DNA of 64,000 bases from Candidatus Latescibacterota bacterium. GTDB taxonomy: Bacteria; Latescibacterota; UBA2968; GCA-2709665. The translations under genes and the position numbers were made by a program. The notes beneath the pieces were generated by a model that was not told the origin of the DNA, did not search any database, and saw nothing but the letters and a program-made list of their open reading frames with translations. How positions within the stretch are numbered: the stretch's first letter is position 1; every line of letters begins with the position of its first letter. Of the stretch, positions 42,510-52,404 are shown one piece after another. The stretch covers positions 192,001 to 256,000 of the forward strand of contig CBDDDZ010000005.1 in NCBI GenBank assembly GCA_965226795.1, read 5' to 3'.

Positions 42510-42740
42510 AAGGTGGGGCAGACATTCCTGTCTGCCCTTCTCAATGTCCTTACTGCCGGAATGCAGGCAGTTCGACTCCCCCTCTCCTCGCAGGAGAGGG
42601 GGTGGCGCGCCACAGAAGAATGGCTTGCGCCGTCCTTTTTCCAGTGGAGGAGATGGCGGCGAGTCGTAGCGTGCCCGGACACAGGATTCTGAGGTTTCGG
42701 TTTGCTGTATGTGAGCCGACAGGAATGTCTGCTCCACCTT
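42510..42740. repeat. Inverted REP pair (REPIN-like) with internal hairpin
   Basis: AAGGTGGGGCAGACATTCCTGTCTGC at 42510-42535 and an inverted copy at 42715-42740 (24/26 identical); internal CCCCCTCTCCT-CGC-AGGAGAGGGGG. Confidence 0.85.
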
Positions 42741-43058
42741 CTTAAGTTTTGGTTCGAGGTATCGCTTGAGTGCGTGAACCATCCGAGATAAATCGCCTGT
42801 ACTTGCTTCCACTTTCCGTAGCAGCAACGTGTCACTGTCCCCTGTCTGCGTGAGGTGACACACAGCCAGGATGGTCAGGACGCCCTCGTCGAAGGCGCCT
42901 TTCACATTCTTGCCGCATTGACTTGCAAGATAGACCCTGTCACAATTATCTAGAACATCCACCGTAGTTTGATCCCAATTCATTGTTATAACATTACTTG
43001 CGTCACCATAATACAATGACTTGGGTAGGGGAACTACCTTCTCAATGACTTATTCAGG

Positions 43059-45374
43059 TTAAGTAAGCGTTCTATAGCGATCCAATGCCTCTGCCCTCAT
43101 GTCGCGGGAAACACATGCTGTGACCATCTTGAACGCACTATCCAGACCCCACGCATATCCCAAGTCCACAATTGCTTCCCCGGATGCTTCAATCGTCCTC
43201 CGAGTGGGAACTTTATTACTATTGGAAAGCTCGACCAGTTCATGAATACGGTTACGGTCCGAAATCAGGATTGGCGCACAGCATTCAATTGTTCTGCCCA
43301 ACATGAGCGTTGCGAGGCGCGCCGAATCCGTAGGAAGGTCGTCCCACACATTCCAAATGATCGGTTTGCTGTTTGCCTTTTTCGCTCGATCTATAACGCG
43401 AAAACACTCAGCTGCATCGAGCATCCGTTCATTTTGCACAACACCCACGTACACTGATCCGCGATCGGTCTCCACATCACACCCGGGCACCTCCACGGTG
43501 CACCAACCCGTCCGACTTAAAAATGCCGGTTGTTCGTCGACTATTCCAACACGGATAGGCTGTTTTGCATTCGGGTTAGGGGGTTTCTTTGGTCTTGATG
43601 TCGAGAGGTTATCTGCTCGTGGAACCCGATTCCAATCTAATCCTCCTTCAGGCAGCCGCATGTCGAGTTCCACGACGTAGATCGAATCTGACTCTTTGCA
43701 CTCAGAAAGCGGCCGCGACTTCTTGATACCCGCTTGCCTTGCTGAGAGCTCTCTTCCATCGGGAGAAAACGCAAACGGATGAGTTGGGGCACGCCTTTGA
43801 CTACTGTCGTGCAGCGTACATAAAGAGAAGAAACGATTTTCTACCGCTCTTAGGCGAAGGATTGATGACCATTTGATGTCAACGACGTTGTCGTAACTTG
43901 GATTGATCCATATCCGGGCGCCGCGCCTTGCGAGAAATCGGGGCAGCAGGCCCAGATATTGGTCGTGGCAAATGGTCGCGCCAGCCCTCACGCCACTCAA
44001 GTCGAAGGTTGGTAGCGCATTGCTTGCTTGCCAATCCTGAAATTCAAAGGCGACGGTCTTTTCTGTGGAGTGTTTCGTGTACAAACGTGACACTGTTTCA
44101 TCAGGATCTATACGTAAAAGGATCTGGCGGGTGCGTCCGATCGAATCGTCACTATGGTCGGTCGCGCCGACAAGCAATGGCGCATCCAGATCCGCAGCGA
44201 GTTTCTTCAGTAAGTTGATACGTTTGGAATCGGTCGCGTTAATGTATTCTTCCGGAAAGAGAACAAAGTCTACGCTTTCGCCTGCAAAGGATGCGTGGGT
44301 GGGTATGACGGGCTTCTGGGCATTATCTCCAAGAGGTACGATTCCGAGTAGCGCACTATGGTTTACCCGAGGAAACACGAGTGCCGCTCGCAGTACAGAA
44401 GTCGTTCGAGCAGCGGAGTTATGCCTTTTAGCCATCGTTTGGCTTGTTCTTAAGGGCTTCTGAGTTGAACTGTGAATGCCGATAAAAGCGGAGAATCGCT
44501 GCCGGTCGTTGTTGCTGTCGGGGTCGAGCGAACACCAGACCATATCGCGGGCGTACAGTCTAACTGTCGGCTGAAGTCCCTCTATCGACGGCACGAGATC
44601 CCGCAATGCGTCATACCATGCCCGTTGTTCGTCACGAAATGGGGGATCGTTGTCCTTTGCATCGTGGCGCTCACAGTGTGAGATCCATTGCTTTCCGGAA
44701 AAACCCAAGGCCAGGTCGTCCGGGTACGCGTGAAGGGTCAGTTTTCGCGGCGTCGTGAAGTGTTGTCGCTCATCGAACTCCAGGATAAATCCGGGGTCGG
44801 GTAACCAAAAGTCGCACGCGGCCAGCGTTTCGGTTCTCACGAAATCCTTAAGGGCAAAGCCACGGTATTTCTCTAGAATTGCTGCGAGTTCCCGCAGTGT
44901 CGAGTAGATCTGCGTTCCGGCGTATGAGGAAAGATGAGTTGGCCAGTCAAACCTGTGGTTCGCCAGGCATTTTCCGTAGATTCGTACGAGAAGCTCGCGG
45001 ACCCGCGCCTTACAGTCAGGACAATGCTCAGAGTGACGTTCTTGCTGTATCACGAACTTCCTCTTTCTGGTTCGATTAGCACGCCGAGTGAGAGTCTTGG
45101 CGCGATAACCACCTCCGCAATTGCAATCAGCTATTTCGAAGCCACGTTTACTCAGAAAGCCGTTGGACTCACCGCCGCCAGAGAATTCGTACGAAGGGAG
45201 AAACCGACCCGTTGCTATCTGATGAGCCAATGCAACGGTGTACTTCGGCGGGTAATGACAGCCATCATTAACCAGGCAGTAATACCGCCCCTTCCTACGC
45301 GGTGGAACACCCTCACGCCTGATACGACAAATCGCTTCGACCAAGTGCTCGCTTGTAATGCATGACGGTATCAT
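43059..45374 (-). CDS. Fusion protein: McrA/McrB-type N-terminal head + Vsr/DUF559-like nuclease + carbon-nitrogen hydrolase
   Basis: IPSCITSEHL...HYPPKY...FSGGGESNGFL..RGF; CDFWLP..FILEFDERQHF...QRAWYD; VLFPE, YTKH, ICHD (E-K-C), RAVEN. Confidence 0.8.
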   Translation of the reverse strand: MIPSCITSEHLVEAICRIRREGVPPRRKGRYYCLVNDGCHYPPKYTVALAHQIATGRFLPSYEFSGGGESNGFLSKRGFEIADCNCGGGYRAKTLTRRANRTRKRKFVIQQERHSEHCPDCKARVRELLVRIYGKCLANHRFDWPTHLSSYAGTQIYSTLRELAAILEKYRGFALKDFVRTETLAACDFWLPDPGFILEFDERQHFTTPRKLTLHAYPDDLALGFSGKQWISHCERHDAKDNDPPFRDEQRAWYDALRDLVPSIEGLQPTVRLYARDMVWCSLDPDSNNDRQRFSAFIGIHSSTQKPLRTSQTMAKRHNSAARTTSVLRAALVFPRVNHSALLGIVPLGDNAQKPVIPTHASFAGESVDFVLFPEEYINATDSKRINLLKKLAADLDAPLLVGATDHSDDSIGRTRQILLRIDPDETVSRLYTKHSTEKTVAFEFQDWQASNALPTFDLSGVRAGATICHDQYLGLLPRFLARRGARIWINPSYDNVVDIKWSSILRLRAVENRFFSLCTLHDSSQRRAPTHPFAFSPDGRELSARQAGIKKSRPLSECKESDSIYVVELDMRLPEGGLDWNRVPRADNLSTSRPKKPPNPNAKQPIRVGIVDEQPAFLSRTGWCTVEVPGCDVETDRGSVYVGVVQNERMLDAAECFRVIDRAKKANSKPIIWNVWDDLPTDSARLATLMLGRTIECCAPILISDRNRIHELVELSNSNKVPTRRTIEASGEAIVDLGYAWGLDSAFKMVTACVSRDMRAEALDRYRTLT

Positions 45375-45538
45375 GGTTTTTCTTTGTGCGTTAATTTCCG
45401 AAGTGGGCTTTGAGTCTGCTTTGTGCTGAAAGTTGAGTCGAAGGTTTCCAACTTACATCCCTGCTGATTGGTCAGCCGTCTGCGGCCTCGGTGAACGGAG
45501 ACTTGTCATACGCTTCGTCGTGGACCTCCACTTACGAG

Positions 45539-46357
45539 CTATGATTCTTGAGTACTGTACCGAATCTCGTGGTAGTCGTAATCGCTCGTAATCGGCACGG
45601 GCTTCCCCTCCAGAAACGCCCATCTCCCCACGTCGCATGCCGATGCCCGGACGAATCCGTTAATGTACGATCGCCGGGGCAGGTCCGTCGCATTCGGCGA
45701 TGAGCCGTGAACCGTATACGACGTAAACATCAACACGTCTCCCGGCATGGCCTCGCAGGGCACGGCCGAGGAGACAGCCACCTGCGCTTCGACACTCCCT
45801 TTCGCGTACCGTTTCGCCTTCAAATCGCCCAGTTTATGGCTCTCTGGCACGACGTGCAGGCATCCGCTCGCGACGGTCGCCTCGTCCACCACGATAATGG
45901 TCTGCACATAATTGTTCACCTGATCGCGAAACGCGGGCGTGGGACGGACGTCCTGGTGCCACGGAAATTCGATTTTCCCGCCCGGCATCTTGAAGTTGAT
46001 CTGATTGATAAACTGCTTCAGTGTCGTTCCGATCAACGGGTCCAAAAGGGCGGGAAATTTGGTACTATTGCGGATCTCCTCGAACGCCGGATGAATCAGT
46101 GCCGGCCACTGGACCTTTCGAAGATAGCGTACGGCTTTTGGTCCCGCCATCGGTCCGGGGGTCTGCAGGTGAACGTGCACGTCGTTCCGCCTGCCCTTGA
46201 GAATTTCATCCGGAAGATCCGTCCGCGATGCCAGTTCCAGGATGTAGTCGTAGCCTTCGCGCAGGCGCGCAATCTCATCGCCGCCGAATACGCCGCGCGC
46301 CACGTGGTATCCCTGTTCCCGGAAGGCTTCGACGTCTTTCTTGCTGAGAGTTTTCAT
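45539..46357 (-). CDS. PhyH-family Fe(II)/2-oxoglutarate dioxygenase
   Basis: FREQGY, PWHQD, GCLHVVPESH, PGDVLMF...HGSSPN..R. Confidence 0.9.
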   Translation of the reverse strand: MKTLSKKDVEAFREQGYHVARGVFGGDEIARLREGYDYILELASRTDLPDEILKGRRNDVHVHLQTPGPMAGPKAVRYLRKVQWPALIHPAFEEIRNSTKFPALLDPLIGTTLKQFINQINFKMPGGKIEFPWHQDVRPTPAFRDQVNNYVQTIIVVDEATVASGCLHVVPESHKLGDLKAKRYAKGSVEAQVAVSSAVPCEAMPGDVLMFTSYTVHGSSPNATDLPRRSYINGFVRASACDVGRWAFLEGKPVPITSDYDYHEIRYSTQES

Positions 46358-46557
46358 AGGGCATCTTTCCAGAGTTTACCGGCAATCCCGTATCCTTAAA
46401 GAGCCTCGTGTTCCGCCGTTTTTCGATGGCGTGAGAGTTCGTGCGACCTCCTGGCCGCGATCGAGCCGTGTACTCCGGTATGCTATCCGCAACCACCGTG
46501 CGCCCTGTGCATTCGCGTTTGAGGGTCCGGTACGTCGTGATTCAATTCACCAGCGTT

Positions 46558-47367
46558 CTATTCCAGGTCCGGAAGATCCCTCTGGTCCAGGTTAAGCCTG
46601 ATGGAGCGCGGTTGACGTGGAACCCTGGAGACAAATCCCAGCTGTTCCAATCTCTTGAGCATGCTATTTACGGTTGGAGGAGTTACGGCGAAATAACGCT
46701 GGATATCGGCCTGGGCCGGCGGAATGCCGTTCACCTTGGTGTAGTAATGGATAAAGGCCAGATATTGACCTTGCCTGTAAGTAAAGGATACGGTCTCCAC
46801 GTAATCGCCGATTTCGTCACTATCGAACTGGGCCAGGGTCTGATTGACAAGATCAATAGGGAAGGTTTCGGGATCGAAATTGCCCCCAAGCCAGTCGATT
46901 GTCGAGGAATGCTCCGGGTGATCGCTGTCCCCCAGGGCCTCCAGGAACTCCTTATATCCCGAGATACCGCCTGCATTCTCTGGCGGGCACGAACGCTCAC
47001 CCGCCAGACACGTAGCGTGGAATACCTCCGATTCCGGCTCTTTGATTGCTTCCACTTTCACCAGGTGTTTCCAACTGTCTCCAAAATCGTATTCGTAGAG
47101 AAATTCGACGCCGGTGAATGGTGCAACACGCTCCAGCTGGTATCCCTCTTCATCCAGCGTCTCCTCGCCCCAATCGTCGAGATCCGGATTGCATATGCCG
47201 AAGCGGGAGTCTGCTATGCGAAACTCGTGGAGATGGGAGTTCGTCCATCCCATCACGATTTGAATTATCAAATGGAGGTCGGCCAGGGAGCACTCGCCGT
47301 CAACATCGATGCGTCTCCATATCGGTGGCTCGATGTTCAGCAGGGTGATCTTGAGTTGGTAGATCAT
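46558..47367 (-). CDS. pRiA4b ORF-3 family protein fused to a C-terminal LexA/MarR-like HTH
   Basis: IYQLKITL..PPIWRRI, HLHEF, YEYDFGDSW, CPPENAGG; then FTYRQGQYLAFIHYY...PPTVNSMLKRLEQLG. Confidence 0.85.
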   Translation of the reverse strand: MIYQLKITLLNIEPPIWRRIDVDGECSLADLHLIIQIVMGWTNSHLHEFRIADSRFGICNPDLDDWGEETLDEEGYQLERVAPFTGVEFLYEYDFGDSWKHLVKVEAIKEPESEVFHATCLAGERSCPPENAGGISGYKEFLEALGDSDHPEHSSTIDWLGGNFDPETFPIDLVNQTLAQFDSDEIGDYVETVSFTYRQGQYLAFIHYYTKVNGIPPAQADIQRYFAVTPPTVNSMLKRLEQLGFVSRVPRQPRSIRLNLDQRDLPDLE

Positions 47368-47468
47368 GGCTTTCCTTCCGCTTTTTTCAGCCACTGGATG
47401 CGCCCGCCCTTTGTTGTCGGATAAGGAAGACAGCGTCACCGAATGTGGGCGTATCCGAACGCAGGTTT

Positions 47469-48065
47469 CTATTTCCGGCCTTCCAGGTTCTGCCGGATTC
47501 TGGCTGTCATCGCGTGTATCTGTTCGGACGTGAGATGCGTGGGCGTAACCGTGTCGAAGCGGACGCCCTCTGCTCGCGCGATGTGCGGAGGGAATTTGCC
47601 CTGCGCTGTCGTCGTTTTCCACTGCGGCACCACGTGCAGGTGGAAATGCGGGACTTCCTGGAGGCTGGCGACGCCGTTATTCTGGTAGATCAGCAAACCC
47701 TCCGCATTCACCGCGGTTGACAGCGCCCTGCCCACCCGGCGGGCGACATCTAGCACCTGGATCATTTCAGATTCGGTGAGATCGAACACGGTTGGTGCGT
47801 GCCGCTTTGGCGCAATCAGGCATTGTCCCTTCAGGAACTGCCTGCTGTTCACCCGTGCAATGGTGCCATCCGTTTCTTCCACAAAATCATCGGGTTTACC
47901 GTTGCGCACGACTTCGCAGAAGAAACACGGATCCTGTTCCGGAAGTTCGAAACCGTCAAAGCTCACGGGATGGATTACCCTTTCGTCGGCGTACAGCGGG
48001 GCGGCTGCCGGCCGAATCGGGCTACGTGGTGCTGGCGTGATCGTCGCAAATCGCAACAGCGCCAC
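47469..48065 (-). CDS. HIT family hydrolase (start uncertain)
   Basis: CFFC, PKRH, NNGVASLQEVPHFHLHVVP. Confidence 0.85.
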   Translation of the reverse strand: MALLRFATITPAPRSPIRPAAAPLYADERVIHPVSFDGFELPEQDPCFFCEVVRNGKPDDFVEETDGTIARVNSRQFLKGQCLIAPKRHAPTVFDLTESEMIQVLDVARRVGRALSTAVNAEGLLIYQNNGVASLQEVPHFHLHVVPQWKTTTAQGKFPPHIARAEGVRFDTVTPTHLTSEQIHAMTARIRQNLEGRK

Positions 48066-48263
48066 ACGGCAAACGCATGTGAGATCATCACCGCTTCCTG
48101 GCGACGAACAGACCGGGTCGCTTCACAATACGAACCGCTCCCTTTCGGCGATCTCCCTATCCGCGATTTTTCGCAGTTCGCACAACTCCTGAGCGCTGAG
48201 GCGTTTAAATGACGCGAAATAAGCCACCAATGGCGCGGATTCCGAGACGTGCAGAGCGGTCGT

Positions 48264-50498
48264 TTATGGTCCCGGCGGCGCGTAATCCACAAAAATGGGA
48301 CTGGACCAGGCCATTTCCATGTCGGTTTGCGCCACCCGCACCCAGTAGGGGTTCACGCCCGGCACGGGCGAGGGGTCGGTGAAGGTGAATTCGGCGGTAT
48401 CCGTCGCGGATTGTTCGGGCGCGAGGGAGACAGTGACCTTTCGCCCGAGAAGGCCGATGCCTATCTCCATGGGCTGTTCGCGAAGCTCCCGGAGGCTAAC
48501 GCTCAGGCTTACTCTTTCGGCGGGGGCGTAGGATATCCGCCTGGGTCCTGTTTCGCCGTGGCCGCCGTAGGTGGGGCCTGCAATGAGCGAGGTGTGGATC
48601 GCAAGCCGGAGTTCGGCGTCCGGGCCCGCATTCAGGTCCAGGATCACGCCGCTCCGGTACCCACAGGTTACCGAGTGCCAGCGCAGGCTGCTTTCGCCGC
48701 GTTCCAGAATGTCGGAGCGCGGGCTGTCGAAGCGGAGCTTTTCAACCGCCGTGATCTTGGCGCCGTCCAGATTCAGGGTCCCATCCCAGATAACGCCCGA
48801 GTAGCTGCTTTTTCGACTCGCGCCTTCCCATAAGATGCGGACCCGGTTACGGGCGGGCGCCACAGTGAGGGGGTGCGTGTGGAGGGTTTCCAGCCCGCGG
48901 AAGAGCTCCACGGATTCCAGGGGCGCGGTACCGATGACGGACACCGAGATCCGGGGCGGGGAGTCGGTTATGGGTTCACTACCCATCGGGTGGCCGTCCA
49001 TTTCCGTGTGCAGAACGATCCGTGCGCCAGTGGTGGCATAGCATCGGCGGGCCTTCAGGGCTTCCAGAAGGGCTTCCAGGCTCACCTCGGTGGCGTAAAC
49101 GGCCGCAAGCCCCGCCTTTGCGTAGCGCCGGTGCTGGTGGCCGGGACGGTCGTCGCCTGGCCTTCCCGTGTGGCTGTCGCTGCCGCCGAAGAAGCCGAGT
49201 TTGTAACCGTGTTCCAGGGTTTCCCGTAGGAACCACTCGAAGCTGCCGTGGGTCGAGGTGACTTCCACGGCCGGTTCCAGCCCGGGATCGTGGTGGTTGA
49301 GGTCTGAGTGTTCACCGCCAACGTGGGGGGTGATGACGGTGTCCGTGCCGCGGTAGGTCCGATACAGGTTCGTGATGTGATGAATGTCCGTGCCGATATC
49401 CGAACGGTCCTGCAGGGCCAGGTGACTCGACCGGCGAATGGGTTGATTGTGCCGCCGAAAGTAGACATTGTGGTGGCCGCCCTCTTCAGTCCTGGGAGAC
49501 CATTCGAATCCCGGGATGGCAATAAACCGTCCGGGCTGGTAAAATTCCCGTTCAGCCCGCTGCTGGATTTCCCAGTCGGATTTTGAGACGGCGTGGTCGT
49601 TGCGCTGGTAGCTGGCGAACTGGATGGCGGCCACGTCCCGGGCGTAGCGAAAGAAGCCGGAAATCTTCTCGGCAAGGGCCACCTGGCCCCCGTGGTAGTC
49701 ACCCCAATAAAGGCCGTAGGGTTCGGGTTGATCCCTGCAGACGACAGGATTGCTCTGTGCCTCCAATCCGGACCCGGTGTCCGTTGCGGTGATTCTGTAA
49801 ACGCCGGGCCGTGAAGGGGTGCATTCCTCGATCCAGCGAACGCCGTTGTCTTCGCGCTGGAAGATGAGGGATTGTTCGGCGAGTTTCACGCCGTCCCCGA
49901 TGAGTTCCACGCTTCCCGCGTATTCGGCGGACGGGTTTCCCCAGGCGTCTTCGGCTTTGACCATCAGGCGAAACGGGTCTCCGACAGTCGCGGTTGACGG
50001 CGCGACAACGACCAGCCGGACCGCGGGTCCGCCCACGATGGAAACACAGGGCGAGTCCGTCAGTTCGGTGCAGGCGCCGCTGGCGTTCGTGTCCACAGCG
50101 ACCCGGAAATAGCGCTTCGCCTCCATGAAGGTCTGTGCGCGGGAGCCCGGCCCGCCGCCGCTGCGGTCCCCATAGACGAGGATGACCTTCTCACCGGGCA
50201 TGAGTCCGCGTCCATGCACGAGCAGGACCATGGATGTGACACTCTGATTCAGGATGCCCACGTGTACTCCTGGCGGCGCTTCAACCGTCATATAGTCTGC
50301 GCCGGCGGGCTCCTGAAACTGGGGAATTTCCCAGTCGGTGTCCGAGTCGGTGTAGACCCTGATGCGTCCGCCGGGCGCCACCCCTTCCAAGCCCGCCGTG
50401 TAGGCGAGTTTCCAGGTCCCGTAGCTACCGGCAACGATCTCGCCGTCCGGGTCGAGGGTGGCAAGGCCGAATCTTTCGGGATCTGCTGCAATCGTCAT
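48264..50498 (-). CDS. DUF3604-like PHP-fold metallohydrolase
   Basis: YWGDYH, GFEWS, GHHNVYF, PHVGG, EVTSTHGSFEW, GGSDSH, RRCYATTG, AWSSPI. Confidence 0.82.
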   Translation of the reverse strand: MTIAADPERFGLATLDPDGEIVAGSYGTWKLAYTAGLEGVAPGGRIRVYTDSDTDWEIPQFQEPAGADYMTVEAPPGVHVGILNQSVTSMVLLVHGRGLMPGEKVILVYGDRSGGGPGSRAQTFMEAKRYFRVAVDTNASGACTELTDSPCVSIVGGPAVRLVVVAPSTATVGDPFRLMVKAEDAWGNPSAEYAGSVELIGDGVKLAEQSLIFQREDNGVRWIEECTPSRPGVYRITATDTGSGLEAQSNPVVCRDQPEPYGLYWGDYHGGQVALAEKISGFFRYARDVAAIQFASYQRNDHAVSKSDWEIQQRAEREFYQPGRFIAIPGFEWSPRTEEGGHHNVYFRRHNQPIRRSSHLALQDRSDIGTDIHHITNLYRTYRGTDTVITPHVGGEHSDLNHHDPGLEPAVEVTSTHGSFEWFLRETLEHGYKLGFFGGSDSHTGRPGDDRPGHQHRRYAKAGLAAVYATEVSLEALLEALKARRCYATTGARIVLHTEMDGHPMGSEPITDSPPRISVSVIGTAPLESVELFRGLETLHTHPLTVAPARNRVRILWEGASRKSSYSGVIWDGTLNLDGAKITAVEKLRFDSPRSDILERGESSLRWHSVTCGYRSGVILDLNAGPDAELRLAIHTSLIAGPTYGGHGETGPRRISYAPAERVSLSVSLRELREQPMEIGIGLLGRKVTVSLAPEQSATDTAEFTFTDPSPVPGVNPYWVRVAQTDMEMAWSSPIFVDYAPPGP

Positions 50499-50572
50499 AG
50501 GGCATTCTCTTTGTGCCTGCGATGATATCCTATTCGAAGTAAGGTCGGCGAAACCGACTTTCCTTCTGCTGT

Positions 50573-52324
50573 CTATTCCTTTGCGCCATATCTCCTCAGC
50601 AAAGCGCCCATGTCGACTTCCTCCGTGTCGAGTCGAGCGTATTCCTTATGACCCTGCGGATTGTCGGTCCAGGCCAGAGGTGTCGCCCATGCCGCGCCCG
50701 CCAGATTCGGATCGGCGCCCGCTTCCAGCATGAACCTGGCGAGTTCGGGCCACTCGTAGCGTACTGCCATTGCCAGCGGCGTCGATTGTCTTTCTCCGCC
50801 CGGCACGTTTATCTCGGCGCCGTGGTTCAGCAGCTTTTGCGCGAACACGATTCGATCCTGCTCGCTGACGTGCCAGGTGATTTCCGCGGTCCAATGAAGG
50901 GGGGTCAAGCCGCCTTCCTTCGCGCGGGCGTTTGGGTCGAATCCGTGATCCAAAAGGAGTTCGAAGCAGGCGTAGAAGTGTTCCACGCGCGCATTGCCCG
51001 GTTTTCTCGGACACCGGAGCCGCCACACCCGCATTGCCAGGCACAGCACGTCATGCATTTCGCTTTCCGTAAAACCCGGATTCTGTGAGAGGCAGAGGTC
51101 CACGAGATCCGGATGCCCGCCGTGGACGGCCCCTTTCAGAACGTCCTTGACACACGAGGGATCGGATTTAACGAGCGCTGCATCGACAGTGATATTGTCA
51201 CTGTGCTGTGCATAGAATCCTGGAGTGATCGCGTTGTCATACCCGGGAAATGCGCCGTGTCGCAAAAGCAGTTTTTCAATCTCATGATTCCCGTTGGAGA
51301 TCGCCAGATTGAATGCATTGCCGGACGCATCCATCACGGTATGTGCCGATGCCTCGTGCGCCAGGAGCAGCGTCGCCATTTCCAAATCGTCGTTGGCTGC
51401 CGCGGCATGCAGAGGGGCGCCTCGCTCCGCCACGGGGTATCCCTCGTCCTTGTCATATGGCGTGTCCGGATCCGCTCCCCGCTCCAACAGGAGGCGCACA
51501 ACTTCGCGGTGCCCCTTCTCGGCGGCAATCGTGATCGGATACGCGTCCATGCCGGGATAGTTTCGGGCCCAATCGTTCACGGCCTCGGGATCGGCATCGA
51601 GAATGCTCCGCGCCCGGTCGACGTCGCCGATTGCGCACGCAACCCACAGATCGTATTCCGTTCCACGTCCCAACAGAATTCCGCCAATCACCGGCCACAG
51701 CGGGCTCGGCGGCGGGTCCCACCCGCGTTTGGGTCGGGGCCCAAGGGCAAGGTGGATGGGCTTCTTCCCTCGTGCGTTCGCTCGATCTGTATCGGCGCCC
51801 CGATCCAGGAGTTCCTCGATCACCGTGATATGATGATTCTCCACGGCCACGTGAAGTGCCGTATCGCCGCTCTTGTTCACCGAGTGTATCCCGGAAGGGT
51901 CCGTGTCAAGCAGTTCCCCTACGCCTTCAATATCACCCCTGCCGGCGGCTTGGCAAAGGAGGATTCCTGTTTCTGTCTCTCCCGTCTGCCGGAACCGCCA
52001 TTCTTCCATTGCTTCGGCCACTTCGGCATGCCCATGGTGCCGGGCCATATCGATCCCCGACACGCGCTCCCTGTAGGTTATCCGGGTCGGGCTGGCGCCC
52101 GCCTCAAGTAGTAGCCTGACCACGTGCAGGTGACCCTCCCGCGCCGCGTAGTGAATGGCCTGATAGCCCTGTATTCCGTCTCTGCGTGCGAGATCGGGTC
52201 TCTGCTTCAGGATCGCCCGGACCCGATCCAGGTCACCCTCACACGCGGCCTTGCAGATTCCGACGATACTCACAGAGGCGTCGTCACCTGACTGCACAAT
52301 CTTCCGAAACTCTCTCTTTGACAT
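50573..52324 (-). CDS. Ankyrin repeat protein
   Basis: Repeated AIHYAAREGH, GDTALHVAV, LLLERGADP, TPLHW, TPLAMA. Confidence 0.92.
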   Translation of the reverse strand: MSKREFRKIVQSGDDASVSIVGICKAACEGDLDRVRAILKQRPDLARRDGIQGYQAIHYAAREGHLHVVRLLLEAGASPTRITYRERVSGIDMARHHGHAEVAEAMEEWRFRQTGETETGILLCQAAGRGDIEGVGELLDTDPSGIHSVNKSGDTALHVAVENHHITVIEELLDRGADTDRANARGKKPIHLALGPRPKRGWDPPPSPLWPVIGGILLGRGTEYDLWVACAIGDVDRARSILDADPEAVNDWARNYPGMDAYPITIAAEKGHREVVRLLLERGADPDTPYDKDEGYPVAERGAPLHAAAANDDLEMATLLLAHEASAHTVMDASGNAFNLAISNGNHEIEKLLLRHGAFPGYDNAITPGFYAQHSDNITVDAALVKSDPSCVKDVLKGAVHGGHPDLVDLCLSQNPGFTESEMHDVLCLAMRVWRLRCPRKPGNARVEHFYACFELLLDHGFDPNARAKEGGLTPLHWTAEITWHVSEQDRIVFAQKLLNHGAEINVPGGERQSTPLAMAVRYEWPELARFMLEAGADPNLAGAAWATPLAWTDNPQGHKEYARLDTEEVDMGALLRRYGAKE

Positions 52325-52404
52325 CGTCAGCAACCCCTTCTTCAGCCGCTTCCACGCGGACCGCAGACGGTTGTTCACCGTTTGTACGGATCCCCCGTCC
52401 CCGT

